Shown: piece by piece, positions 1-11,032 of the stretch
Numbering within the stretch: position 1 is the stretch's first letter
Layout of the letters: each line of letters starts with the position of its first letter
Source of the DNA: Octopus bimaculoides
Taxonomy: Eukaryota
NCBI RefSeq assembly: GCF_001194135.2
Contig: NC_068987.1
Span: 23,534,372 to 23,577,130, forward strand
DNA: 42,759 bases
Direction of reading: 5' to 3'
Made by a program: the position numbers and the translations under genes
The notes under the pieces: generated by a model
What the model saw: the letters and a program-made list of their open reading frames with translations, nothing else
Told to the model about the DNA's origin: nothing
Databases searched by the model: none

Positions 1-313
1 TATATATAGATATATATATATATATATATATATATAAGGATGGATTAGTCATGATTAGAACATCTATGATCATAGTTTTCCTCGATCCGAGCTAAACAAC
101 AACCACATATGAAGCTCGTCTAGCTCACCCTATATATGTTCTGAAGAAAATAGTGAACGTGAAACCACCACGTTTCCCCATCCAAAATTTGAGACTTTGT
201 TCCTAGTTGATAAAATAAAATATACATTTTTGCTTTGTCACAATTGCTAACTTTGGTACTCTTACACCAAATACGAAAAACTGTTATTGACGAACCATTG
301 GGACAGGTTCTAC

Positions 314-318
314 ATGGT
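314..318 (+). CDS. Speculative first coding mini-segment (ATG GT) of LEPROT
   Basis: ATGGT|gtatgt supplies the phase-2 donor that exon 7524 needs and would give MVLVGLAF. There is an in-frame stop upstream and the neighbourhood retains CpGs. The true exon 1 may instead lie left of the window. Confidence 0.25.
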
Positions 319-1493
319 GTATGTAAACCCCTTTATCTCCACATGTTACTTATTTTATTGATCCCCATATAGGAAGAAAGGCAATGCACAATATACAACA
401 GCAGAATGTAAATGAATGTGTGATTGAGAAATTTGATTCCCAAACATGACTTCTGCTTTAGTCCCACTGTGCAGCACATTAAAACTCCAGGCCATACAAA
501 ACCTTGTGAATAGGTTTGGTAGATGAAAACCGAAAAAAAAACCCCCGTTTGTGTGTGCTTGCATTCCCAAGGTACATAAGATGATGCATTCTCTTATTAT
601 CTTGACAGTTGTAAACAAGTGTCACTGTCATCCAAGCAGTGTCATTTGTTCCTAGTCTTTCATTAAAAAACATGTCTGGCCAAGGGGAAATATTTACCTT
701 ATTGAGAAACAGATGAATGTTAGCAACAGGAAGGGTATCCTACCATAGAAAGTCTGCCTCAACAAATTCTGTCTGATCTATGCTAGCATGGAGAAAAGGA
801 CATTAAAATGATGATAATGACACATGGCACTGGACTAAATATCGTTAGTTTTGCTCTTCACCCTTAGCACAACCTCCCACTTTATTAAATGTTAACAAAT
901 GGATCTACTTCACACTGAAATTATCTGAAGTACACAGCAGCTGTAATTGGTAATATTTCATAACAACAAAAAATGTTTGGCTTTTTTTTTTTTGTTTCAG
1001 TTCTATTTATTTTATTTATTTGTTTTTTTTTTATTGTTCTCCCACTTCACTCAACTGCACACTGAGACAATGAATTAGCTCAAACAGTTGCCAAACTGTT
1101 TGAGCTAATTGCTACAGCCTTGGAGTAGAGGCCATTTCACCCATCACTTCAACTATATTTATTCTAACAGTGTCAATAAAAACTTTTAACAATAAATCTG
1201 TTGGTGGCAATAGAAACATCACAATTTGAATTGCTAGTATCAATTCAAAGATATATTTGTGTGACTAACATGTAATTGCTGTAACATATCTAGCATTCCT
1301 TTCACACACCCCTACTTTAGTCATATTTCATTCAGTCTCATCCTTGTCTCTTTGTGTCTAATTTATATGCTGTGGAATCATATTTTATTTTAGTTCCATC
1401 TTCCACTTCTATTATTGTTTCTCTACTACTTAAATTTGTTTTCTAATTGTCTACTTAAATCAACCCTCATCAACAACTTCAACATTAATTTAA

Positions 1494-1682
1494 TCCTTTA
1501 GTATTCAGATTACTGTTAAATGTAGTGCTTATTTATTCACATTGTTTTCAATTAATTATATTTTGTTTTGTAGTTTTGAGTATGACATTGTATGGTAGGT
1601 GTGAGAAGCTAGATCTGGCTAGTTTGAACATAAAACAAGTAGACTATTTTGACTGGATATGGTCAATTTAAAAGCCAAAGGG
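1494..1682. mobile_element. TTAA-flanked piggyBac-type MITE
   Basis: TTAA-TCCTTTAG ... CCAAAGGG-TTAA. Confidence 0.55.
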
Positions 1683-3228
1683 TTAAGTCTTATCTTTTCC
1701 AAGTTGTGGAAACAAACAAAACACTCAATAGTTATGCAGTGCTCTTACTGTGGATTTATATATATATGTTTTTTAAGCTCTTATATATTCTCTGTCCAGT
1801 TGATGGTGCTAGTTAGTCATTCTTAAAAGGGTCGGTCTTGACTCGAGACACTTGTCCAGTGTGTCTCAAAGTTTTTCATAATTTCCTACTTTTGACTGCC
1901 ATCCATGTTGGAGCCTTTGTTAGAAATCAAACTTTCAATAAACTTGTTTAGTATGTCTGTATGACCATAGCTACAAGCAAACTGTGCAGTACTGAGAAGA
2001 TAGTATACAAATATCAGCGGGTTGTGTGTAGCTGAGGGCTGTGAGGAACCATGGGCAAGGGTTGGGGAGCAGGGTTTTGTGGTGGTGAGCAAAGTTGTGC
2101 ACAGAGTGATGTGTCATTATAAACAGGGGTTGTGGCTAGTTGTGAACAGGGATATATGTGGTTGTGGGCAGTATTTGGGTGTGAGTATGTTTGTGAATGT
2201 GAGCGGGGCACTGCTTATGCATGCACATGCATGTGTGTCAGCAGAGTATTTGATTAAAAATGAGAGAGTGTATACTTTTTATTTAACAATGTTCTGTTAC
2301 CAACTATGATAACATTTCTCTTTTTTCTTTTTCATATTTACTTCTACGTTTTGAATCCCAGCGTGAGTATTATTGCTTTTATTCTCCTATTAATGTTCAT
2401 GTAACTTTGTTAATTTTGAAGGTTCTGCATTTACATCCCATTCCTGGTATTCCATGTAATGTTCTTGGGGAAAGATATTGAACTTTATTTCTCCTAGTGT
2501 CAGACATTGTAGTTTTCCTGGATTACAATATTGCTGTTGATTAGTAATATTTCCTGGTTGGCACTGTTAAGGTGCCTTTGTATTGTGTATTTAAACGTGT
2601 TTTTATAGTTTAATCATTGAAGGAAGGGTAGCACCCACAACCTGAGTAAGAACTCTGAGACTAATGGTCAAGAAAGGGAGCAGGAAACCATGACATAGAT
2701 TACTTTCATAGGAAGCATAACATGAAGATATTGTGTTGTTCTCAGATCAGTGACCTGGTCTGAATCCCTGAAACTACATGGACTCTGTTAAAGCACCCAA
2801 GGGCTGGATTTTTTAGTCAAATTAATTTCATTCACAGGCAAAGGTCAACCAGCTCGAGGATTTCTTTCTCCTTTTCTTACACCAGTCTCTGAGCTATGTA
2901 GAGGATCATGGGTGCTATCTTTGCCACTGACTAAAAGATTGTGTGTGTACATGTTTATGTATGTATATATATATGTGTGTGTGTGCGTAGAAATCAAGAC
3001 TATGAAAATGAGTGCTTGGCACCTCATTGGTGGATAAAGATTCTTTATTTGTTGATTAAGGCTGCCATTGGTTTCATCTTAATGAAGCCCTTAACAATTA
3101 TCCAGCTTATTACATGGATCATCGGTGTTCATCTCCATTCTGGACTTGATAATTGTTTAGGGCTTTCTTTACATGAAAAATCAATGATAGCCTTAATCCA
3201 CAAATATATGTATCTCTGTCTGTCTATC

Positions 3229-3764
3229 ATCATCATCATCGTTTAACATCTGTTTTCCATGCTAGCATGGGTTCAACCGGAGTCTGGGAAGCCAGGAGGC
3301 TGCACCAGGCTCTAATCTGATCTGGCAGTATTTCTACAGCTGGATGCCCTTCCTAACGCCAACCACTCCGTGAGTGTAGTGGGTGCTTTTTACGTGTCAC
3401 CGGCACAGGGGCCAGGGTAGGCTGGCAACAGCCACAATCAGTTGGTGCTTTTTACATGCCACCAGCATGGGTATCACAACTACAATTTCCATTTGATTTT
3501 TATTTTGATGTTGATGTACTTGACTCAAGGTCTCCTCAAGCACAGCAGGTCGCCCTACGATCCAAGGTACTTGAATGGGCTGGGGCTGGTTATGTGAAGC
3601 TGGTGTAGGATACACCGTGAACTCACTTTATTTGTCGGGTCTTCACAGTCACAGTATATCTTCAGAGGTCTCGGTCTTTTGTCATTGCTTCTGTGAGGCC
3701 CAACATTTGAAGGTCATGCTTGACCACCTCATCCCATGTCTTCCTGGGTCTACCTCTACCCCAT
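3229..3764 (-). mobile_element. RTE LINE 3' end
   Basis: Minus strand reads GRGRPRKTWDEVVKHDLQMLGLTEAMTKDRDL*, then the 3' UTR and a (GAT)n tail that appears as (cat)n on the + strand. Confidence 0.8.
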
Positions 3765-4197
3765 ATATATATATATATATATCTCATAGCACTATATCTT
3801 CAACAGATGTGTGGGGACTACCAAAATTGACAGACATTTGAAAGCTGTTTCTCGCAATTTTGATAACCTATGTTTTCCTTCAAGAACCTCATCAACTGAT
3901 ATTGTTTATTCCTTCTCATATAATCAATACTTTTAATTAACTTGGTAATGATCACTGTTTTAAATATGTCAATGTTAACTGTTGCTTTTTTTTCTTCTCA
4001 CTGCATAGCTTTTTTTATACTCCATATATTGATTATATTATCATTAAATTACCTGAATACAAAAGCATGTATTTCATTCCTGATTAAGTAGTTAGTTTTA
4101 GGAGAGAGATTCAGCTGTAAAAATTCATGCTCTGATGAATTTTTACAATTTATTTGAATATCATTATTTAAAATTTATTTTTCTATGTTGGAAAACA

Positions 4198-4329
4198 TTA
4201 CCAACCACATGGTTCCGGGTTCAGTCCCACTGTGTGGCACCTTGGGCAAGTGTCTTCTACTATAGCCTCGGGCCGACCAAAGCCTTGTGAGTGGATTTGG
4301 TAGACGGAAACTGAAAGAAGCTTGTCGTA

Positions 4330-4366
<37 letters not shown>

Positions 4367-4568
4367 TTGTGTGTCTGTGTTTGTCCCCCCAACATCGCTT
4401 GACAACTGATGCTGGTGTGTTTACGTCCCCGTAACTTAGCGGTTCGGCAAAAGAGACTGATAGAATAAGTACTAAGCTTACAAAGAATAAGTCCTGGGGT
4501 CGATTTGCTCGACTAAAGGTGGTGCTCCAGCATGGCCGCAGTCAAATGACTGAAACAAGTAAAAGAGT
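4198..4568 (+). mobile_element. tRNA-derived SINE family A (head truncated)
   Basis: Near-identical to 31911-32256 and 33368-33767: ggttccgggttcagtccc B-box region, internal (TA)/(TG) tract and (aagagta)n tail. Confidence 0.85.
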
Positions 4569-5113
4569 ATGTGATACATAAAATATCATGCAATATTGGT
4601 GTGTAAAAACCAGCGTTGCAAGTTCTTTCATGTTTCTAAGCAAAGTTTTAAGGGTCTGATAGTTTTGCAGATTTGTACATTTTTATATTGTTTGGTAAAC
4701 TGTTATTGTACCTTACTACTAACTACTCAACTATAATGTACAAGCCCCTTGGAGAGTTTTGCCAGCCAATGACCAAACGTGGTTGTTTGGTCTGTTGAAA
4801 ATACCAGCTGAATCTCCCTTTAAATCTTGGAAAAGAAGGAGGCATTATATAACAGTTTCAAATTTTGGCACAAGACCAGAAATTTCAGGGGAGGGTGTGT
4901 CAGTCAATTGCATTGACCCCAGTGTTTTGTCAACCCCAAAAGGATGAAAGGCAAACTCAGCCTTCATGGAATTTAAACTCAAAACGTAAAGACAGACAAA
5001 ATGCCACTAAGCATTTTCCCTGGCATGCTAACAATTCTGCCAGCTCACCATCCTAAGGATGTTTTAAATAATATAATCATAGGCACAACTTTGCCTTTTG
5101 TCATTTCATGGTC

Positions 5114-5465
5114 ATCATCATCATCATTGTTTAATGTCCACTTTCCATGTCCGCTGGCATGGGTTGGATTGTTTGACTAAGGACTCGCAAGTCAGGAGGC
5201 TGCACCAGGCTCTTATCTGATTTGGCATGGTTTCTACAGCTGGATGCCCTTGCTAACGCCAACCACTTCAAGAGTGTAGTGGGTGCTATTTATGTGCTAT
5301 TAGCATGGGAGCCAGTCAGGTGGCACTGGCATCGACCATGTTCGAATGGTGCTTTTTACATGCCACTGGCATGGGAGCCAGTCAGGCGACACTGGCATCG
5401 ACCACACTTGAATGGTGCTTCTTACGTGCCACTAGCACGGGAGTCAGTCAGGCGGCACTGGCATT
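5114..5465 (-). mobile_element. RTE-derived 3' UTR copy
   Basis: (cat)n followed by gtttaatgtcc...ggatgcccttgctaacgccaaccact. Related copies lie near 7794-8070, 8455-8900, 9480-9620, 17640-17805, 18120-18340, 25360-25620 and 27665-28050. Confidence 0.75.
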
Positions 5466-5795
5466 GACCAAAATAAAATACCAGTCAAACACTGGGGTAG
5501 ATGTAACCAACTCATTCCTTCCCAAAACTTGCTAGTCTTGTACCAAAATTTGAAAGCATTATTATCATACAATGATATATTTAAACTAGTGTCTTCATTT
5601 TAGTTGTTTTTATCTCACTTTGGCCATTGTACTCGCCAGCATTCTTCAGGTGCCTGTCATATTTAGTAACATTCTCAGTATTTGTGGATAAATCTTTTAC
5701 TAAATTCACAGGAGTAGATTGTTGTTATTCTACTGTCTATACCAGGGATATTCCCCTGTTAGTTATTCTCTTATTTGTGATGTTTCTTTTTATCT

Positions 5796-6133
5796 TAGAC
5801 TGTGGCCATGCTGGAGCACCACCTTGGAGGTGTTTTTAATTGCATAAATTGACCCCAATACTTTTTTTTTAAACCTTGTATTTATTCTGTTGGTCTCTTT
5901 TGCCAAACCACTAAGTTATAGGGATGTAAGCATACCAGCACCTGTTGTCAAGTTGTGGTGTGGAATAAACACACACAACAGGCTTCTTTCAGTTTCCAAC
6001 TACCAAATCCACTCACAAGGCTTTGGTTGGCTCAAGGTTATAGCAGAAAATACTTGCCCAAGGTACCATGCAGTAGGACTGAACCCGAAACTGTGTGGTT
6101 GGGAAGTAAGCCTCTTAACCACACATCCATGCT
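5796..6133 (-). mobile_element. SINE family A, older inverted copy
   Basis: Reverse complement of the family A core and tail, with CpGs decayed to TpG/CpA. Confidence 0.7.
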
Positions 6134-6236
6134 TGTTTGCACATTTTGCTCAAATCAAGGTACATATAGTTTGACTGTCTTAAGAATGGAACCCATATCC
6201 ATTTGCTAAACTATTTCATTTAATACCTGACATTAA

Positions 6237-6489
6237 ACTCTTTTGAGACCAACCCTCCTCAGGTAGCCCATGTTACTATGATACAAAACATCTAATTTTA
6301 AAGTTTTTATATGTGAATTAGACTCTTCTATCATAATTATTTGTAAGAAGTTTTTTTAAGCTACATTTCAAACACCTTATTAATGAAAAAGGCCAGTTAT
6401 TTTACTTAAACCCTCCAAATTCTTAATTAGTTTCAAAATTAATTGAAATACAGACAGTGAATTTCCTTTGAAATATAACAATGAAAGGG
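6237..6489. mobile_element. TTAA-flanked piggyBac-type MITE
   Basis: TTAA-ACTCTTTTGAGACC ... ATGAAAGGG-TTAA. Relatives lie at ~6625-6850, ~7365-7448 (ends gatatcaaaagggttaa) and ~29300-29390. Confidence 0.55.
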
Positions 6490-6869
6490 TTAATTAATGC
6501 TTGTGTTTACTATCCTACTGTCTTGCATGTTAACATATAGCAACACAGTTGTTGCTGTATTGAATTCCTGATCATGGGACCAATAGTTGTCCAGCCTTTA
6601 CTGTTATTGCCTCTGTTGACCGTCTGAACACTTTTGATACCATATTTCAGTTGAAACACACTCCTGCTATTTCAGTTAATTTTAAAAGAAACTAAGAATT
6701 TAGTAAGACAACTTAGTTATTATTAAGCTGGTGCATGAAAGATAAATTTACATGAAATTTTGATGGAGTGTTTTAATGTAGATCATTTTAAATAGGAAGT
6801 TTATATCAGTGAATCAGGAGTGGTCACAGGCAGGATGATATCAATAATGCAGAATTTAGTAAATCTAAC

Positions 6870-6911
<42 letters not shown>

Positions 6912-7022
6912 GTTAAGCGGATGTATGGAACATAAATTAACATAAGAGTTTTGATGGAAAGATTTTAATTTACATGTATCTGTTTTGAAAGATTATTGAT
7001 GTGAGAACGTGTGTTGAAACAG

Positions 7023-7364
7023 ATATTGTTATACTTGGAGATGGTCATATTTTGCCAATTAAATACAGTACTATATGTTGGTCTTTACTTCAGCTTTATT
7101 ATTGTTATTATTTTTGTTTCTTTGTCAAAGCTCTTTCATCACACATCCTGTGACCTCTTTAGCTCCTTATCCTACAGAAAAACAAAATAGACTAAGCAAA
7201 ACAAAAGGGGACACATGAGATAGTCATTCAAGAGCTTACAGGATGTATGATGAAAGAGCTTTGACAAAGAAACAAAAATAATAATAATAAATCTGAAGTA
7301 AAGACCAAACATATAGTGTGTATGTTTCATTGCAAAATATGACCATCCTTCAGTATAACAATAT
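7023..7364. mobile_element. Foldback/MITE with ~135-bp inverted arms
   Basis: 7023-~7159 and ~7230-7364 are reverse complements with scattered mismatches (e.g. tttgtttctttgtcaaagctctttcatca / tgatgaaagagctttgacaaagaaacaaa). Confidence 0.8.
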
Positions 7365-7523
7365 GGTTTTAATCCAGATCACTTTAAACAGGAAGTTTAT
7401 ATCAGAGAACCAGGGCTGGTGTCAGGCAGGTTGATATCAAAAGGGTTAAATATGTATTATTACCACAATCAAGGAAGTATAATGGATGCTTGTGGTTCTG
7501 ATTTTTCTCTTTCTATTTTCCAG

Positions 7524-7598
7524 GTTAGTTGGATTGGCTTTTGTTGCCGCTGTTGGCATATGTCTTGTTGTGCTGGGATGTGCCCTCCCCACCTTCAA
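7524..7598 (+). CDS. LEPROT: LEPROT/LEPROTL1 (OB-RGRP, Vps55 family) internal coding exon, 75 nt
   Basis: Acceptor tttctattttccag at 7523 and donor AA|gtatgt at 7599. Reads G+LVGLAFVAAVGICLVVLGCALPTF+AA, matching the Vps55-family N-terminal helices (human LISLSFGGAIGLMFLMLGCALPIYN, from memory). It joins the next exon in frame (AA|C = Asn). Confidence 0.93.
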
Positions 7599-9274
7599 GT
7601 ATGTAACTATAACTTTTTTTATTATCTATCTATGTATATTTTGATAACCAGAATTAAAAAGTGTCCTTTTGGTTTATGCTCACAAAGTGAAAGTGAAAAT
7701 TTTTTTGTAAGCAACCATTGAAATTTTGAAAAAAATATTTTTAGAATCATAATCTCCATATTTTTAGACATAGAATCTCAACTCTCAGTATATCATTATC
7801 ATCATTGTTTAACATCCGCTTTCCATGCTAGCATGGGTTGGACGGTTTGACTGAGGACCAGTGAACCAGATGGCTACACCAGGCTCCAATCTGATTTGGC
7901 AGAGTTTCTACAGCTGGATGCCCTTCCTAACGCCAACTACTCCGAGAGTGTAGTGGGTGCTTTTACATGCCACCGGCACGAAGGCCAGTCAGGCAGTACT
8001 GGCAATGGCCACGCTCAAAAGGGTATATTTTACGTGCCACCTGCACAGTCCAGCGGCACTGGCAACGATCTTGCAAAAAAAAAAGTTAGTAAAATATGGG
8101 GGTAGGTTTAAAAATTTGAACTGGGTTTTGTTTTTATTTTTTCGTTTCATATTTTAGATGTGGCCATGCAGGAATACCACCTTGAAGAATTAACTTGATC
8201 AAATTGATCCTTGTATTTTTTAAGATTATTTTAATGTTTAGTACTTATTCTACCAACTTCTTTTGGTGAACCATTAAGCCATGAGGACAAAGCCAAACAC
8301 TGATTGATAAGCTTTGTGGAGACAAACATAAAGACATACCTCTAAGGAGAAATAAACAGCAATTAGCATATTGGTATTTGTATCTACTGGCACATATTAA
8401 GAATGAATGTGCACATCATTCTGATTCTCATTCTTTTATGTCCTCATATTCTCATCATTATCAGCATCATTTAGCATCCATTTCCTCTGCTGGCATGGAT
8501 TAAATAGTTTGACAGGAGCTGTCGAGGCTCCAGTTGTCTGTTTTGGCATAATTTCTACAATTGGATGCCCTTCCTAACGCCAACAACTTCACAGAGTGAG
8601 CTGGATGCTTTTATGTGGCACCAGTATGAGTGTATTGCACATGGCACTGACATGATTACATTCCACATCACAGCAGCACGAGTGCATTTTATGTAGCACT
8701 GGCACTGGAATGAGTGCATTTCATGTCACCAGCATGAGTGCATTTTACATGGCACCAGCACAAGTGCATTTTATGTGGCACTGGCACCTGCAAGACAAAG
8801 ACCTCTCAGGTGGGAGAGGAAGTGGGGGGCATGGCCATAAAGGACATGCCTGTATGTATGGAGAGCTGTGATTTTACTTAGCCTGACATATCTTCTCAAA
8901 TACAGCAAATCACCAGAGGTTTCAGTCCCTTGTCATCTCATAATAAATATTGACTTGACAGGCATCAGCAAATAATTTTGTATGCTGAATACTGTAAATA
9001 GGATTGACTGTTCTTGTTTGGATAAGAGGTACAGGAATAGCTTTGACTGAAGAAACACAATGTTTCAAATACTGGTGTCTCAAAGTCTCTCTACATTGTA
9101 CTGAATCAAGTGTTTTGTCAACACATGTATAAAGGGAGAAGTAACAAGTTGTTTTCTGAAGGCTTGGTAAAACAGTGATTAGCATTATTATATTTAAATC
9201 TACTGGATTATATTAAGAATAAAATATGTATATCATTCTTTTGATTAATTATACCCTTTAAATATATTTATTTA

Positions 9275-9424
9275 TATATATATTAAGGGCATTACTATAC
9301 ATAAATGCCTCATACTAGGAGGGACTCTTAAAGTCAAAATTACCATATTATTATGGTAATTTTGACTTTAAGAGTCCCTCCTAGCATGAGGCATTTATGT
9401 ATAGCAATGCCCTTAATATATATA
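9275..9424. repeat. Near-perfect palindrome: 73-bp arms, 4-nt loop, 2 mismatches
   Basis: Positions i and 18699-i pair from 9275 to 9347; the loop is ttat (9348-9351). The only mismatches are A9294:C9405 and A9314:C9385. Confidence 0.95.
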
Positions 9425-10304
9425 AATATATATATTGATAGATAGATAGATACACATACATACATATATGTGTGTGTGTATATCATCATCATCATCGTTT
9501 AACATTTGCTTTCCATGCTGGCATGGGCCGAACGGTTTGACATGGAGCTGGCTAGCAGGAAGCTGGCCAGACTCCAACTGTCTGTGGTCTCATGGTTTGT
9601 TTCGATGGCTGGATGCCCTTCCTGACATACATGCATACTCACACATGCTTGTGACAGGTTTCCACACAGTTTCCATCTACCAAATTCACTCACTAGACAT
9701 TGGGCAATCCAGGAGGCTTATAGTTGAAGGCACTTGCCCAAGGTGCTATACAGTGGGACTGAACTCAAAACCACATGGTTGCAAAACGAACTTCTTAACC
9801 ACACAGTTATACTTGAAAAAAAAGAAAAAAAAAAAGAGGGGGTGTGCCTATTTGACAAATCTAATTAGACATGGTTGAAATAGTATTATTTCCACTTTCA
9901 TTTTGTGATCACAACCCGGAAGAATATCTCTACTTTGCTCTGATGACGTGGGCGTGTGTGTGTCAGTGTTTGTATACAATCTGAATCAGCGTGAATACTT
10001 TAAGGGGGAGTAACTCTCTAGAAGGAATGTAACTCATTATTATTTACCGTTCATGTTCTCTGCTGGCATGGCTCGATCGTTTGGCAGAACGCAATGTGTC
10101 CAAGACTGCATTGTCATGGTTTTTGGTGTGACCTGATACTCCTTTCTAATGCCAGCCACTTCACAGCATGTGCTGTGCCTTTTTCGTTACACTTGCATTA
10201 GTGAGGTTTCTATACAGCGTGCAAGATTTTGGGGCTGTAGCAGAGAGCGAGATAGTAATATACTGAGGATATAAGAGATATTAGTATAAGTGTCAGAGAG
10301 TAGG

Positions 10305-10650
10305 TGTTGGACCCTTCTTCTAGACTGGGTTTCCTCGATTTGCACAGACGTTCCTCCAATACTTCCTGTCCACCATTGCCGACTTCAACTTAGGAACTAA
10401 TAAGCTGCTGTCGACTGCTGCTGTGGTCATGCATTTGGTTCCCAGAGTAACACATCCCTGATGCATTCATTCCTGGCCTGGTAGCCATGCCCAGCTAAAT
10501 GGAGTCTTCTGGCTCTGAGCCTCTCTGATACTGGGGGAATGTCCCTGTAGATGTCTTTATTGGTCACCTTCTGTTGCATGTCGGATTACGTGGGTGTAGC
10601 ATCCATCCAGTCATTCCTGCAACATTTGATGGGCTAAGTACGAAAAATTG
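10305..10650 (-). mobile_element. Non-LTR retrotransposon ORF2 C-terminal fragment (RTE/L2-like; clade uncertain)
   Basis: LDGCYTHVIRHA, then after a frameshift QKVTNKDIYRDIPPVSERLRARRLHLAGH...LLWEP, and a terminal SAMVDRKYWRNV. Confidence 0.7.
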
Positions 10651-10845
10651 ACTAAATGTTTTAAATGCAGTCAAATAACTGTTACCAACAGAAGAATAAA
10701 ATATATGAAAATATATGTGAAATATAGCTGAAATAAAAGCAAGAGGTGAGTCAGGGATAGGATGTGTGTTGAGGTGAAATATACATTTTAATAATTCTAG
10801 TTTGCCTAAAACAACTAAACTGTCATTTTCATTTTCTTTCTCCAG

Positions 10846-11032
10846 CAACTGGTGGCCCATGTTTGTTCTGATATTCTACTTCCTGTCGCCACTTCCCACA
10901 GTAATCTCACGACGTAACTCACAGAGTTTTGACTCCAGCAGTAATGCCTGTGCTGAACTGTCCATCTTTTTGACCACAGGCATTATCATATCTGCCATAG
11001 GGCTACCTCTTGTATTAGCACATGTGGCTGTG
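10846..11032 (+). CDS. LEPROT: LEPROT/LEPROTL1 internal coding exon, 187 nt
   Basis: Acceptor ttttctttctccag and donor GTG|gtaagt. Reads C+[62 protein letters not shown], carrying the family motifs WP.FVL.FY.LSP.P and NAC.EL.IFLTTGI..SA.GLP. Confidence 0.96.

Noticed and set aside
5600-5790. Minus-strand frame VKDLSTNTENVTKYDRHLKNAGEYNGQ with an AAA|gtgaga donor
   Set aside because: The same frame continues upstream through two stops, which looks like a decayed transposon ORF; 2420-2560 behaves similarly.
9906-9994. C/D-box snoRNA-like pattern (GTGATCA...CTGA...CTGA); also TGATGA...CTGA at 15261-15299
   Set aside because: The C box is imperfect or the span too short, there is no terminal stem, and I could not match a guide to rRNA or snRNA.
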